A stretch of 64,000 nt of DNA from sequence record NC_054927.1; one strand, written 5' to 3'. The notes under the pieces are model-generated. The model did not search any database. It saw only the letters and a program-made list of their open reading frames with translations, and was not told the DNA's origin. The number at the start of each line of letters is the position of its first letter. The first letter of the stretch is position 1. The position numbers were made by a program, and so were the translations under genes. This document shows, piece after piece, positions 21,125 through 30,979 of the stretch. Source of the DNA: Escherichia phage vB_EcoM_Ozark.

Positions 21125-22219
21125 ATGGCAATTGTTAAAGAAATAACTACTGATTTAATTAAAAAGTCCGGTGAGAAAATTTCAGCCGGACAGAGCACTA
21201 AATCAGAAGTAGTAACTAAAACATACACTGCCCAGTTTCCAACTGGGCGTGCTAGTGGTAATGACACTACAGGGGACTTCCAGGTAACAGATCTATATAA
21301 GAATGGATTATTATTTACTGCATACAATATGTCATCTAGGGATTCTGGAAGTCTTAGATCGATGAGATCTAACTACTCTTCTTCATCTTCGAGTATTTTA
21401 AGTACAGCTAGAAACACTATTAGTAGTACAGTATCAAAACTATCAAATGGATTAATATCAAATAATAATTCAGGAACAATAAGTAAAGCTCCTGTCGCAA
21501 ACATTCTTTTACCGAGATCTAAATCTGATGTTGACACATCATCACATAGATTTAATGATGTTCAAGAAAGCCTTATTAGTAGAGGCGGAGGTACTGCTAC
21601 TGGTGTGCTAAGTAATATTGCTTCAACCGCAGTATTTGGGGCACTGGAAAGTATAACACAAGGTATAATGGCTGATAATAATGAGCAGATTTATACGACA
21701 GCCAGAAGTATGTACGGTGGCGCTGAAAATAGAACTAAAGTGTTTACATGGGATTTGACTCCACGTTCAACAGAAGATTTAATGGCTATTATTAATATCT
21801 ATCAGTATTTTAACTATTTTTCTTATGGTGAAACAGGTAAATCTCAATATGCTGCTGAAATAAAGGGGTATTTAGATGATTGGTATCGTTCTACGTTAAT
21901 TGAACCTTTATCTCCGGAAGACGCAGCTAAAAATAAAACACTATTTGAGAAAATGACAGCAAGTTTAACTAACGTTCTAGTGGTTTCAAACCCGACAATT
22001 TGGATGGTGAAAAACTTTGGTGCAACATCTAAGTTTGATGGAAAAACGGAAATATTTGGCCCATGCCAAATACAGAGCATTAGATTTGATAAAACACCTA
22101 ATGGTAACTTTAACGGATTAGCTATTGCTCCAAACCTCCCTAGTACATTTACTCTCGAGATTACTATGAGAGAAATTATCACGTTAAACCGTGCTTCTTT
22201 ATATGCGGGGACTTTTTAA
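21125..22219 (+). CDS. 48: baseplate/tail-tube junction protein
   Basis: 364-aa ORF; T4-sized gp48. Confidence 0.85.
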   Translation: MAIVKEITTDLIKKSGEKISAGQSTKSEVVTKTYTAQFPTGRASGNDTTGDFQVTDLYKNGLLFTAYNMSSRDSGSLRSMRSNYSSSSSSILSTARNTISSTVSKLSNGLISNNNSGTISKAPVANILLPRSKSDVDTSSHRFNDVQESLISRGGGTATGVLSNIASTAVFGALESITQGIMADNNEQIYTTARSMYGGAENRTKVFTWDLTPRSTEDLMAIINIYQYFNYFSYGETGKSQYAAEIKGYLDDWYRSTLIEPLSPEDAAKNKTLFEKMTASLTNVLVVSNPTIWMVKNFGATSKFDGKTEIFGPCQIQSIRFDKTPNGNFNGLAIAPNLPSTFTLEITMREIITLNRASLYAGTF

Positions 22220-23184
22220 TGTATTCTTTAGAGGAATTTAATAATCAAGCAATAAACGCAGATTTCCAACGTAATAATATGTTTAGCTGCGTTTTTGCAA
22301 CAACTCCATCAACTAAAAGCTCTTCGTTGATAAGTTCAATTAGCAACTTTTCTTATAATAACTTGGGCCTAAATTCAGATTGGTTAGGATTAACTCAAGG
22401 CGATATTAATCAGGGAATTACTACGCTAATTACAGCTGGCACACAAAAACTGATAAGAAAATCAGGGGTTAGTAAATATCTTATTGGTGCCATGAGTCAA
22501 CGTACAGTTCAAAGTTTATTAGGCTCGTTTACAGTTGGTACATATTTAATTGACTTCTTTAACATGGCATATAACTCATCTGGATTGATGATATATTCTG
22601 TAAAAATGCCAGAGAATAGATTATCCTATGAAACTGACTGGAACTATAATTCTCCTAATATTCGTATAACTGGGAGAGAATTAGATCCTTTGGTTATTTC
22701 ATTTAGAATGGATTCAGAAGCTTGTAACTATCGTGCAATGCAAGACTGGGTTAACTCTGTTCAAGACCCAGTAACTGGATTACGTGCTTTGCCACAAGAT
22801 GTCGAGGCAGATATTCAGGTTAATCTTCATGCTCGTAATGGATTACCTCATACTGCGGTGATGTTCACCGGATGCATTCCAATATCAGTGAGCGCTCCTG
22901 AGTTATCATATGATGGAGATAACCAAATAACTACATTTGACGTTACTTTTGCGTATAGAGTGATGCAGGCTGGAGCAGTTGATAGACAAGCTGCGCTTGA
23001 ATGGCTTGAATCTGCTGCTATAAATGGTATTCAAAGCGTTCTCGGAAATAGTGGAGGTGTTACTGGACTATCTAATTCGCTTTCACGGCTTAGTAGATTA
23101 GGAGGGACTGCAGGAAGCATTTCAAACATTAATACTATGACAGGGATTGTCAATTCGCAGAGTAAAATATTAGGAGCAATATAA
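22219..23184 (+). CDS. 54: baseplate tail-tube initiator protein
   Basis: 321-aa ORF coupled to gene 48; position as T4 gp54. Confidence 0.85.
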   Translation: MYSLEEFNNQAINADFQRNNMFSCVFATTPSTKSSSLISSISNFSYNNLGLNSDWLGLTQGDINQGITTLITAGTQKLIRKSGVSKYLIGAMSQRTVQSLLGSFTVGTYLIDFFNMAYNSSGLMIYSVKMPENRLSYETDWNYNSPNIRITGRELDPLVISFRMDSEACNYRAMQDWVNSVQDPVTGLRALPQDVEADIQVNLHARNGLPHTAVMFTGCIPISVSAPELSYDGDNQITTFDVTFAYRVMQAGAVDRQAALEWLESAAINGIQSVLGNSGGVTGLSNSLSRLSRLGGTAGSISNINTMTGIVNSQSKILGAI

Positions 23185-23188
23185 CAAT

Positions 23189-23206
23189 GGGGACCGAAAG
23201 GTCCCC
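23189..23206. terminator. bidirectional terminator between convergent gene 54 and the 96-aa ORF
   Basis: GGGGACC-GAAA-GGUCCCC hairpin flanked by T-run. Confidence 0.65.
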
Positions 23207-23212
23207 ATATTT

Positions 23213-23503
23213 TTATTTACGGAATGAAATAAAAGCAGCAACTGAAGCAACTAAACTGTCTTCAATATAAACTTCAATTTTTACCGGAGCTTCTGACTCA
23301 AATTTACCTGTTACTACACCCTGAAAAATACTTTCAGTCTGTTCTGGCTTTGAAAAATTTTCAGAAGGAAAAATTCCGAACTTTTTATCTGTTCCAAAAA
23401 TTTTAATAAATTCATCGTAAACTGCTTCATTAAAAGCATTATCAGCAGGAATAACGCCTTCAACTACAAGTTCTTGACCTAAAAAGCGCAAAGAAGATTT
23501 CAT
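23213..23503 (-). CDS. hypothetical protein (alt.-3-like position)
   Basis: 96-aa ATG-initiated ORF with GAGGA SD, directly downstream of the conserved leader cassette. Confidence 0.5.
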   Translation of the reverse strand: MKSSLRFLGQELVVEGVIPADNAFNEAVYDEFIKIFGTDKKFGIFPSENFSKPEQTESIFQGVVTGKFESEAPVKIEVYIEDSLVASVAAFISFRK

Positions 23504-23510
23504 TTTGTGT

Positions 23511-23564
23511 TCCTCATGTTATGTCAGTAAGACTACTATAACACAACACGAGAGACTTGTAAAC
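23511..23564 (-). repeat. 54-bp promoter/leader cassette, copy A (52/54 identical to 38729-38782)
   Basis: Minus strand reads GTTTAC then 17-18 nt then TATAGT ... GAGGA; second copy lies upstream of alc. Confidence 0.7.
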
Positions 23565-25621
23565 TACATTTTGAACTTTTTAGACATTCCGTTAATGTTA
23601 ACCAAAGAAGCTAAGATTTGAGAAACTTCGTTTTCCTCTTCTTTTGATTCTTCTACAAGGAATTGATTAAATCCAGTCATTGGACGAACTTCACCAGTTT
23701 CCATTAGATGGTCGCCATCATATACTGATTCCTCTAATTGTTCAGAAGGAGGAACGATTGTACCTTCTATTAGATACTTGTTATAAGCAGTTTCTTTCAT
23801 AAAGTACGTACTTACTTTATTAATCTTCAGTAAAATTCCGCGCGGTAGAATAACTTCAGCTTCTGATGGAAATCCTGATAAATGACCTGGAACGATAACT
23901 TTGATTCGCTCAGCTCCTTTAATTACCATACCCACGCTAGTTTCAGCATCTTCATTAGCATATGTAGAATGACTACCCATATGCATCAAATCTTCTGCAT
24001 CAACGGAACCTTCTCCTTCACCAGAAAATACTGCACCGGAATCATCTAGAGCCATATAGTTTTTACCATGCTCACCGAAGATATTTGGTTTAAGCGATGT
24101 GGATACGAAGTTCTTGAAATAGAACATTTTATTTTCAATGTTATGACGCAAAGTTTTAAAGGTAACTTCTTGTCCACGGTAAAGTGTAGTTCCTGGAGGA
24201 AGAACTGATCCTTTGGCAAAGGCAGAATCCAACGTCTCGATGTGCTTAATAGCTCGTTCCATGTATTCTTCACGGGTAGAATCTGGTTTACCCAAAAGGA
24301 ACGAGTTCATTTCAACATATGAATCTGCACAATAATCTTCAATTACATCAGATTCAGCTTGGGTTAGTCCTTTTGGAGTTACTTCGGTGCTTGCGTATTC
24401 ATATGCCTGAGCAGCAGATTCATTAATCAATTTATAAATGCCATTCATTACAAATTGAATAATAGCTGTCTTTTCATCTGGCGTAGCTTTAGAACCTTTA
24501 ACTAAATCATTAATAATTTTCTTAATAACATCAAAGCTATTAGAAATATTAATGTCAGCAAGATCGCTTAAAATTTTATCAGTTTTATAATCAAAGAATT
24601 CTTTATTCTTTAAATATTCTTGAGAACCTTGATATGTTATATCGCTCTGCAACTTGATGGATGGATCACGTAAACGTGCATGGGCTAATGCAATGTGATT
24701 TCGGAAGTTTTCTAGTTCATAATCGCTAGATTTAAAACGAGAAGCACTCCTCATGCCACCGATAGCTCCTTTGCTGAAGTTTGAACCAATCTGAATAACG
24801 CCAGAGTTCATTGGTCCTTCTGCTTTATATACCGGAACTTTAGATTCAAACTCTTGATATTTCTTAGCAGCGAAGCTATCACCCTGAAGTGAAGCATCAA
24901 CAGTAGAATATTGAGCTTGTGCTGCTAATCGACGACTAATTTTAGTTTTCTGAATAACAGCTTGGTCCGTGCGCTTATCATTTTCTAAAGCAATAGAAGC
25001 AGCAACAGCAACAGCTTTAGGAACAGCATTACCTGTTTTAATGTCTACATAAACATCACCAACCTTCGATTCAACTTTTGTGAATAACTCAGTTGAAATA
25101 GGAGGTACACCTGGAATGTCTTCTAAATTGGCATTTTTACGGTAAACCATAATATATGCATATTTCTTATCATAGTCCCAGATTTCCTTTAAAAGAACAT
25201 ATCGACCTGCTCCTTTAGTACGTACTAAACGGTCAGCAATAACTTGCATTTGACGAGCTGCGCCATTTGTTTTACTTTTTAGTACGCGGAATAGGCATGC
25301 GTCGATTTTATACTGTTTCATTGTTTGAAGAGCAGTATCAAAAACAGCATTAATGACGCCAATTGGATTTCCACCCAAGTTTCTAAGCTTAACCAGTGAT
25401 AATTTCTCGTTGACACCTATCATTACGATATGCATCATTTTATCGCCTGGCTTAACGTTTTTATTTGTATCACCGCCAGAGGTGTATGTACAAAATCTAA
25501 ATCCAGGAAGCACACTTTCTTCACCAGCTTGAATAGCAAAAATTTGTGGTATTTTATGCTTAGGATTTAAGTTAACAACCGGCGCCGAAGCGCCGTCAAA
25601 TAATTCTGTAATAAGTTCCAT
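23564..25621 (-). CDS. Alt-family mono-ADP-ribosyltransferase paralogue
   Basis: 685-aa ORF; N-terminus MELITELFD nearly identical to the adjacent alt; C-terminal YRGQ, STS and EAEV elements fit an R-S-E ART triad. Confidence 0.8.
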   Translation of the reverse strand: MELITELFDGASAPVVNLNPKHKIPQIFAIQAGEESVLPGFRFCTYTSGGDTNKNVKPGDKMMHIVMIGVNEKLSLVKLRNLGGNPIGVINAVFDTALQTMKQYKIDACLFRVLKSKTNGAARQMQVIADRLVRTKGAGRYVLLKEIWDYDKKYAYIMVYRKNANLEDIPGVPPISTELFTKVESKVGDVYVDIKTGNAVPKAVAVAASIALENDKRTDQAVIQKTKISRRLAAQAQYSTVDASLQGDSFAAKKYQEFESKVPVYKAEGPMNSGVIQIGSNFSKGAIGGMRSASRFKSSDYELENFRNHIALAHARLRDPSIKLQSDITYQGSQEYLKNKEFFDYKTDKILSDLADINISNSFDVIKKIINDLVKGSKATPDEKTAIIQFVMNGIYKLINESAAQAYEYASTEVTPKGLTQAESDVIEDYCADSYVEMNSFLLGKPDSTREEYMERAIKHIETLDSAFAKGSVLPPGTTLYRGQEVTFKTLRHNIENKMFYFKNFVSTSLKPNIFGEHGKNYMALDDSGAVFSGEGEGSVDAEDLMHMGSHSTYANEDAETSVGMVIKGAERIKVIVPGHLSGFPSEAEVILPRGILLKINKVSTYFMKETAYNKYLIEGTIVPPSEQLEESVYDGDHLMETGEVRPMTGFNQFLVEESKEEENEVSQILASLVNINGMSKKFKM

Positions 25622-25624
25622 GAT

Positions 25625-27718
25625 TTATCCTTGAACGAACTTGTAAGGCATGTTTGTAATATCTATGCAAGACGCAATAATTCCAAGAGATGATTCTACT
25701 TTCTGTTTAACATTTGATGAAACAAATGATGCAAAGTCAACTCTATCTTCTATTTCAATACCACCAGTCATTGCAACTACTTCGCCGGTTTCCATTAAAC
25801 GGTCTCCGTCATAGATTACCGATTCGGTGAGTTCTTCTGTGGTCATAACTTCAGCTTGAATGAGTTTTGTATTATTAGACGTGGTTCCGTCATTATTAGA
25901 AGCATCAGTTATTTTATTAACTTTAACCATCAATCCGCGCGGTAGAATAACTTCAGCTTCTGTTGCTATTCCGAGACTTCCTGGATATACAACATTAACT
26001 TTATGAGCTCCATCAATTGCCCATCCTATTTGAACTTTAACGTATTCAGGATTTTCTTTATACGCTCTTATTTCGTTTGGATTAATAGTTATTCCTTCTT
26101 CATTTTTATCAACCGTTAATTCGTTACGAGCTTCTGGTTCTAAAAGACCAATACCAGCATGTGTAATTCCAAAACGCCCAAAAATGATAGGAGTTAAAGA
26201 AGTAGATACAAAATTTCTGAAATAGAACACTTTATTTTTAACTAGCGCTTCGTATATAGGAGCAGTCATACTTTGAGCACGATAAACTGTAATGCCTTCC
26301 GGTATGCGGTCACCATTTTCAAAAGCTGAATCTAAATTATTTATAGCAGATTCAATTTCTTTTTCACTCATTACATCATATCGTTCTGGATTGTAACGAC
26401 CTAAAAGAAGATTATTGATGTCAGTATATCCTGAACCACAATACTCTCTAATGCCGCGCTTTTGTGATGGAGTATATTTAGAACCATCACGGGCAATAGT
26501 AATATCAATCATTGGACCTGCACCAATTCCAGAAAAACTATAAATCATTCTTTTGAGGAATTTAGTTTTTGCTGCGTTCCAGGAATTTTTAGTCATTTCT
26601 TCCCAGACTTCATCTTGCTGCCCTTTACGAGTTTTATTATGTTTATCAAGCCAATTATCTTTATATTCTTCAAAGAATTTATTAATAGCTGCTGCGTATT
26701 TCTCTAAACATTTTATTGAAGTAGTTGGTTCATTTTTTATCGCGTTAAAAATTACATCTTTAATTTTTTCGGAAACTTCATTAACCTCACTTTTTGAAAA
26801 GAATTTATAGTCATAGTGAAGTTCATTCGCAGTTCCTTCGGCAATAATTTTTGCTGCCTTAGTTTTAGAAGCTAATGAATTAATTCCAAGCTTCATTTCT
26901 TCTGCTTCGGGAATTAAAGGAGCGGTAGCGGGTTTATTGAAATTAGCTGCGGTAGATTCATACTTCTGAAATAATTCACTTTCAAATCTAGAAGATTCCA
27001 ATGACTGACTTTGTGCAATTGCTCTACGGGAAATTTTAACTTTAACGATTACAGCTTGATCAGAACGTTTATCATTTTCTTGCGCAATAGATGCTGCAAT
27101 TGCCTCATTTTTAGTTACTTGAGCTCCAGTATCTTTATTGATATAAACATCACCGACCTTCGATTCAACTTTAGTAAAGAGCTCGGTACTAATTTCCGGA
27201 ACCCCTGGAATGTCTTCTAGTGATACATTTTTGCGATGTATAAGAATATATGCATACTTTTTATCGTAATCCCAGAGTTCCTTAAGAAGGACGTATCTGC
27301 CACCTGAACGACTACGGATAAGTCTATCAGCAATAACCTGAATTTGTCGAGCTTGACCAGCGGTTTTAGACTTAAGAATACGAAGCATACAGGCATCAAT
27401 TTTATACTGACGCATTGTTTGCATTGCAACAGTAAAAACTGAATTGATATAATTAATTGGGCTTGAACCAAGACCTTTCAATTTAGCAATTGAACCTTTA
27501 GCAGTTAATGTAAAAGGAACAATATGCATCATTTTATCGCCCATCTTTAAATCGCGATTAGTATCACCTCCAGATGTATAGGTACATAAACGAAAGCCTG
27601 GTTGTTCAATTGCGTCATCAACATGAACTGAAAAAATTTGTGGTATTTTCTTCTTTGGATTTAAGTTTGTAATCGGAAGAGTAGTATCTTCGTCAAATAA
27701 TTCTGTAATGAGTTCCAT
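25625..27718 (-). CDS. alt: Alt ADP-ribosyltransferase (packaged internal head protein)
   Basis: 697 aa from the second of two tandem ATGs (GAGAGGA SD); YRAQ, STS and EAEV ART motifs; late promoter upstream. Confidence 0.82.
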   Translation of the reverse strand: MELITELFDEDTTLPITNLNPKKKIPQIFSVHVDDAIEQPGFRLCTYTSGGDTNRDLKMGDKMMHIVPFTLTAKGSIAKLKGLGSSPINYINSVFTVAMQTMRQYKIDACMLRILKSKTAGQARQIQVIADRLIRSRSGGRYVLLKELWDYDKKYAYILIHRKNVSLEDIPGVPEISTELFTKVESKVGDVYINKDTGAQVTKNEAIAASIAQENDKRSDQAVIVKVKISRRAIAQSQSLESSRFESELFQKYESTAANFNKPATAPLIPEAEEMKLGINSLASKTKAAKIIAEGTANELHYDYKFFSKSEVNEVSEKIKDVIFNAIKNEPTTSIKCLEKYAAAINKFFEEYKDNWLDKHNKTRKGQQDEVWEEMTKNSWNAAKTKFLKRMIYSFSGIGAGPMIDITIARDGSKYTPSQKRGIREYCGSGYTDINNLLLGRYNPERYDVMSEKEIESAINNLDSAFENGDRIPEGITVYRAQSMTAPIYEALVKNKVFYFRNFVSTSLTPIIFGRFGITHAGIGLLEPEARNELTVDKNEEGITINPNEIRAYKENPEYVKVQIGWAIDGAHKVNVVYPGSLGIATEAEVILPRGLMVKVNKITDASNNDGTTSNNTKLIQAEVMTTEELTESVIYDGDRLMETGEVVAMTGGIEIEDRVDFASFVSSNVKQKVESSLGIIASCIDITNMPYKFVQG

Positions 27719-27741
27719 CATATCCTCTCTAGTGTTTATTC

Positions 27742-27749
27742 TATTTATA
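27742..27749 (-). promoter_or_regulatory. late promoter motif for alt
   Basis: Plus-strand TATTTATA is minus-strand TATAAATA, 24 nt upstream of the alt ATG. Confidence 0.55.
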
Positions 27750-27756
27750 AAATTAA

Positions 27757-27770
27757 AGGCCCGAAGGCCT
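27757..27770 (-). terminator. tetraloop hairpin upstream of alt
   Basis: AGGCC-UUCG-GGCCU on the minus strand between the 62-aa ORF and alt. Confidence 0.45.
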
Positions 27771-27959
27771 TTAATAATCTATTGGTAAGAGAGTACGATA
27801 TATTTCAAACTTTGGACCTTTTTCATAAGCATCAAAAGTTTCTGTGAATTTATTATAAGCATATGCATCTATAAATTCAATCATGATTTGTGATACAGAA
27901 GTAGAAACATCTCCACCTTCTTTTTGAGCCACGACAATTGTTTCTAAGTAAGCTTTCAT
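27771..27959 (-). CDS. hypothetical small protein downstream of DNA ligase
   Basis: 62-aa ORF whose start overlaps the gene 30 stop. Confidence 0.4.
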   Translation of the reverse strand: MKAYLETIVVAQKEGGDVSTSVSQIMIEFIDAYAYNKFTETFDAYEKGPKFEIYRTLLPIDY

Positions 27960-29419
27960 AAACCAGTTACCTCATGAAAATCACCAAATACATCCTCGAA
28001 TGTATTAGCTTTAGTTTTATCTTCACGCAAACGAATCGCAATTGGAAGAAATAATTTAACGTAATCAGTGCGGCCATCGGATTTTAACCAACCGTTGCAT
28101 TCGCACTCTAGAATTTTTCCAATATAATAATTTTGGTTTTCCATAATGCGAGTACGGTCAAGTTCATGTGATTTTACGCCGGCTTTATCTTTTAAGCCTG
28201 AACCGGCATTTACCTTAATTTTTCCACACTCTGACTCAAGAATAAATCCACCTGCTTTAGTAGGGTCTTTACGGTGAGGATAAATTCCTACAATTTTTAA
28301 ATCAACATCAATTACTTCTTTAAATTTATAGAGATTTTTTGAACGAGCATTTTCCCATAATCCATCGATATTTTTGAGAATAATACCTTCAAGACCTTGG
28401 TCAATATACTTTTTATAAATTACCTTAGCTTCATCTAGGTTATTTACTACTTGGTTTTCAATTAAAATTACTTTATCATATCCTGATGTCATTTGTTCTA
28501 ATTTAGAAAAACGTACATCATATTTTAAACGAAATGCTGGAAGACCGTATATTTCTACCAACGGAACATAATCCCAGACCTGAAACTTCATGCATTGAGC
28601 TTCTTTTTCTGAAATAGTTCCCTTTAAAGATTTATTAGCGATTCCATTAGAAGTAGTACGTGATTCAGCTACTTCAGCAAACTCTTTAGCTTTACTAATT
28701 TCAGGATAAGCATCAAAAAGAAAATCTAGGCCTTCTGGCTCCTTTTTAACTTGCTCATGGTATACCAATTCGCCATCAATTAACACACCTTCTGGATGAA
28801 TCTGGCGGGCTTCAGCGGTCATTTTGATTAACTCTTCCTTAAGAAGATCTAATCCTAGATATTCATTACCAGCTCGTGATAAAAGACGGACATCATCTAA
28901 TTCATCGCCTCGGACTTCAGCAAAACACCTGGCTCCATCTGCTTTTAACTGTGCAAAGGCTGGAAATTTGATATTCTTACTAATGCCCTTTTCATCATAA
29001 GAACTTGCCAGCATTTGAGGTTGTTCAGGAATTAAACCTGGCCAAACTTTGTTTGCAATAGATACTGAAGCACCGCATTCAAGGTCTCGCATCATCACTC
29101 GACGCAAAACTTCAACATCATCCTTTTTACCATCGGTGATATATCCAGTCAATTCCTCAATTGCAGCATTTCCGGTCAATTTCCGAGTAGCTAACGTGAA
29201 TTCAATGAAGTCAAGCATATCGGTAATGGTCAGCATTCCAAAACTCTGGGTAGCAATACCAGGTTTAGGCCATTTCTTGATATAATACTGTAACCCACGA
29301 GAATAAGTTAGACGATATACTCGTTTAAGCAATTCATTATCTTTATTCTTTTCAAGAATTGCTTGCTTCTGCTTAGTTGATCCAATAGATGCTATTTCAT
29401 TCAGAATTTTAAGAATCAT
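27956..29419 (-). CDS. 30: ATP-dependent DNA ligase
   Basis: 487-aa ORF starting MILKILNEIASIGSTKQKQAILEKN with adenylation motif KADGAR. Confidence 0.95.
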   Translation of the reverse strand: MILKILNEIASIGSTKQKQAILEKNKDNELLKRVYRLTYSRGLQYYIKKWPKPGIATQSFGMLTITDMLDFIEFTLATRKLTGNAAIEELTGYITDGKKDDVEVLRRVMMRDLECGASVSIANKVWPGLIPEQPQMLASSYDEKGISKNIKFPAFAQLKADGARCFAEVRGDELDDVRLLSRAGNEYLGLDLLKEELIKMTAEARQIHPEGVLIDGELVYHEQVKKEPEGLDFLFDAYPEISKAKEFAEVAESRTTSNGIANKSLKGTISEKEAQCMKFQVWDYVPLVEIYGLPAFRLKYDVRFSKLEQMTSGYDKVILIENQVVNNLDEAKVIYKKYIDQGLEGIILKNIDGLWENARSKNLYKFKEVIDVDLKIVGIYPHRKDPTKAGGFILESECGKIKVNAGSGLKDKAGVKSHELDRTRIMENQNYYIGKILECECNGWLKSDGRTDYVKLFLPIAIRLREDKTKANTFEDVFGDFHEVTGL

Positions 29420-29685
29420 TGTTCATCCTTCAGAGTTTGATTTACAGCTCTATTATAAATCAATTCATCATTAAGCTCAGTCAAAGACCTATGATATGTA
29501 GTTCTAACTTTATTTCCTTGCATCCAGTGCTTGACGTAAATGAAACCTTGCTCTACACATTTTTTAAAAATTCGTTCGTCTTTTTGAGCTCGGAATTCTG
29601 GATTGCATCTAAAAAATTGATTTACGTGACCGTAATCACGTGTAGTATTACCTTCATTTTCATAAATAGTGTGAACGACAAACAT
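29416..29685 (-). CDS. hypothetical protein (30.1-like)
   Basis: 89-aa ORF overlapping the gene 30 start. Confidence 0.5.
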   Translation of the reverse strand: MFVVHTIYENEGNTTRDYGHVNQFFRCNPEFRAQKDERIFKKCVEQGFIYVKHWMQGNKVRTTYHRSLTELNDELIYNRAVNQTLKDEQ

Positions 29686-30518
29686 TAGAATGCTCCTTGG
29701 AAAATATTATCACCACTAGTAAATCTATTAAAATACCCTGCATCACCAGGCTTAGTATAGTTCCATGTCTGAAACGGATGTGTCTGATATAGATGATATG
29801 GATTATAAGGATTAAATCCAGGAGTTCTCCAGGTAGTGTTCCAACGAAAAGAATCGTTTTTAACCATCTTCTCAATTACATCTTTTATAGCTTTTTCACT
29901 ATCAAAACTTTCTTTATTTTCCTTCGGTGAAAAAAGCTTATTTTCTACATCATTCCATGTATAAACTCGCTGAGCGGTTTTTGGAATATTGTCACGCTCT
30001 CCTCGCGCCATCCAATAAACAGGAACATTTAATATTTCACTCGCATGATCGCAGTGGTGAGCGAGATCGTCAATATAACAAATTACGTTATATTTCTCTT
30101 TTGCCTTTTTGAACAACTCTTCTTTTGAAGAATCATGACCACACATCATTACTTCTGAGAAGGCACCAGGAAAAAGAGCATTCAAATTAAATTGACGATT
30201 CAACAGAGCGTCAATAGAATCACCCAACGCTGTAACAGCTACAAAATTATAATCTTCTTTTAATTTGTTAATTACGCACAGGGCGTCTTTATATGGAGAC
30301 AAATAACGAATAAAATCTGAACGATTGTATTTTTCAATTAACTTGACGCCAAGTTCTTCATCACAATTAAAGAGTTTACCCGGAGAAATAAATTTCTCAT
30401 CTTGGATCATTTTTAAAATATGTTCTAACGGAAGATTATATTTCTGAGCAAAATAAGGAAGGCCTGATTGCCAGCTTAAACATACTCCATCAATATCAGT
30501 TAAAATAGTAGGCTTCAT
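29685..30518 (-). CDS. HAD-superfamily phosphatase-like protein (30.2-like)
   Basis: 277-aa ORF with N-terminal DIDGV motif typical of HAD motif I. Confidence 0.55.
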   Translation of the reverse strand: MKPTILTDIDGVCLSWQSGLPYFAQKYNLPLEHILKMIQDEKFISPGKLFNCDEELGVKLIEKYNRSDFIRYLSPYKDALCVINKLKEDYNFVAVTALGDSIDALLNRQFNLNALFPGAFSEVMMCGHDSSKEELFKKAKEKYNVICYIDDLAHHCDHASEILNVPVYWMARGERDNIPKTAQRVYTWNDVENKLFSPKENKESFDSEKAIKDVIEKMVKNDSFRWNTTWRTPGFNPYNPYHLYQTHPFQTWNYTKPGDAGYFNRFTSGDNIFQGAF

Positions 30519-30979
30519 AGAGAGTCTCTTAATAGATTTAACACATCAATAAATTCAGCTTCGGTTAGTATTGTATCATCTTTTGTTAGACCACTAGCCA
30601 TGCTGTGCTTCAAAACTTTTCCTTTCGAGGCTTGTAATGCATCACGAAAGCCCTTGTTTTGGATCGCTGCTTCAAAATATGCATTTGTGTATAATTCTTT
30701 CCACGCCGGGGAGTATCTTGAAAACGGAACTCCAATCCAGAAGAGGGTCCCACGGTCCTGAGCTCTAGCATAAGACCTTCCAGCTTGTTGGGCGGCAAGC
30801 CCGGATAACCCAAATATACGACGTTGTTGTTCAACATTTTTCACCTTACACCCTTGGAGGAATCCTTCAAGACCTCCAAATTGAATACCATCCATAACGA
30901 AAGGCCATTGGGCGAAATTACTTAATGCGCATGATGGCCATCTAAAATTACTTCTAATCTCTAACTCAGACATTTTCAA
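30515..30979 (-). CDS. NADAR/YbiA-like domain protein (30.3-like)
   Basis: 154-aa ORF with SNFAQWPF and FxxxEGFLQ segments resembling the NADAR family. Confidence 0.55.
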   Translation of the reverse strand: MKMSELEIRSNFRWPSCALSNFAQWPFVMDGIQFGGLEGFLQGCKVKNVEQQRRIFGLSGLAAQQAGRSYARAQDRGTLFWIGVPFSRYSPAWKELYTNAYFEAAIQNKGFRDALQASKGKVLKHSMASGLTKDDTILTEAEFIDVLNLLRDSL

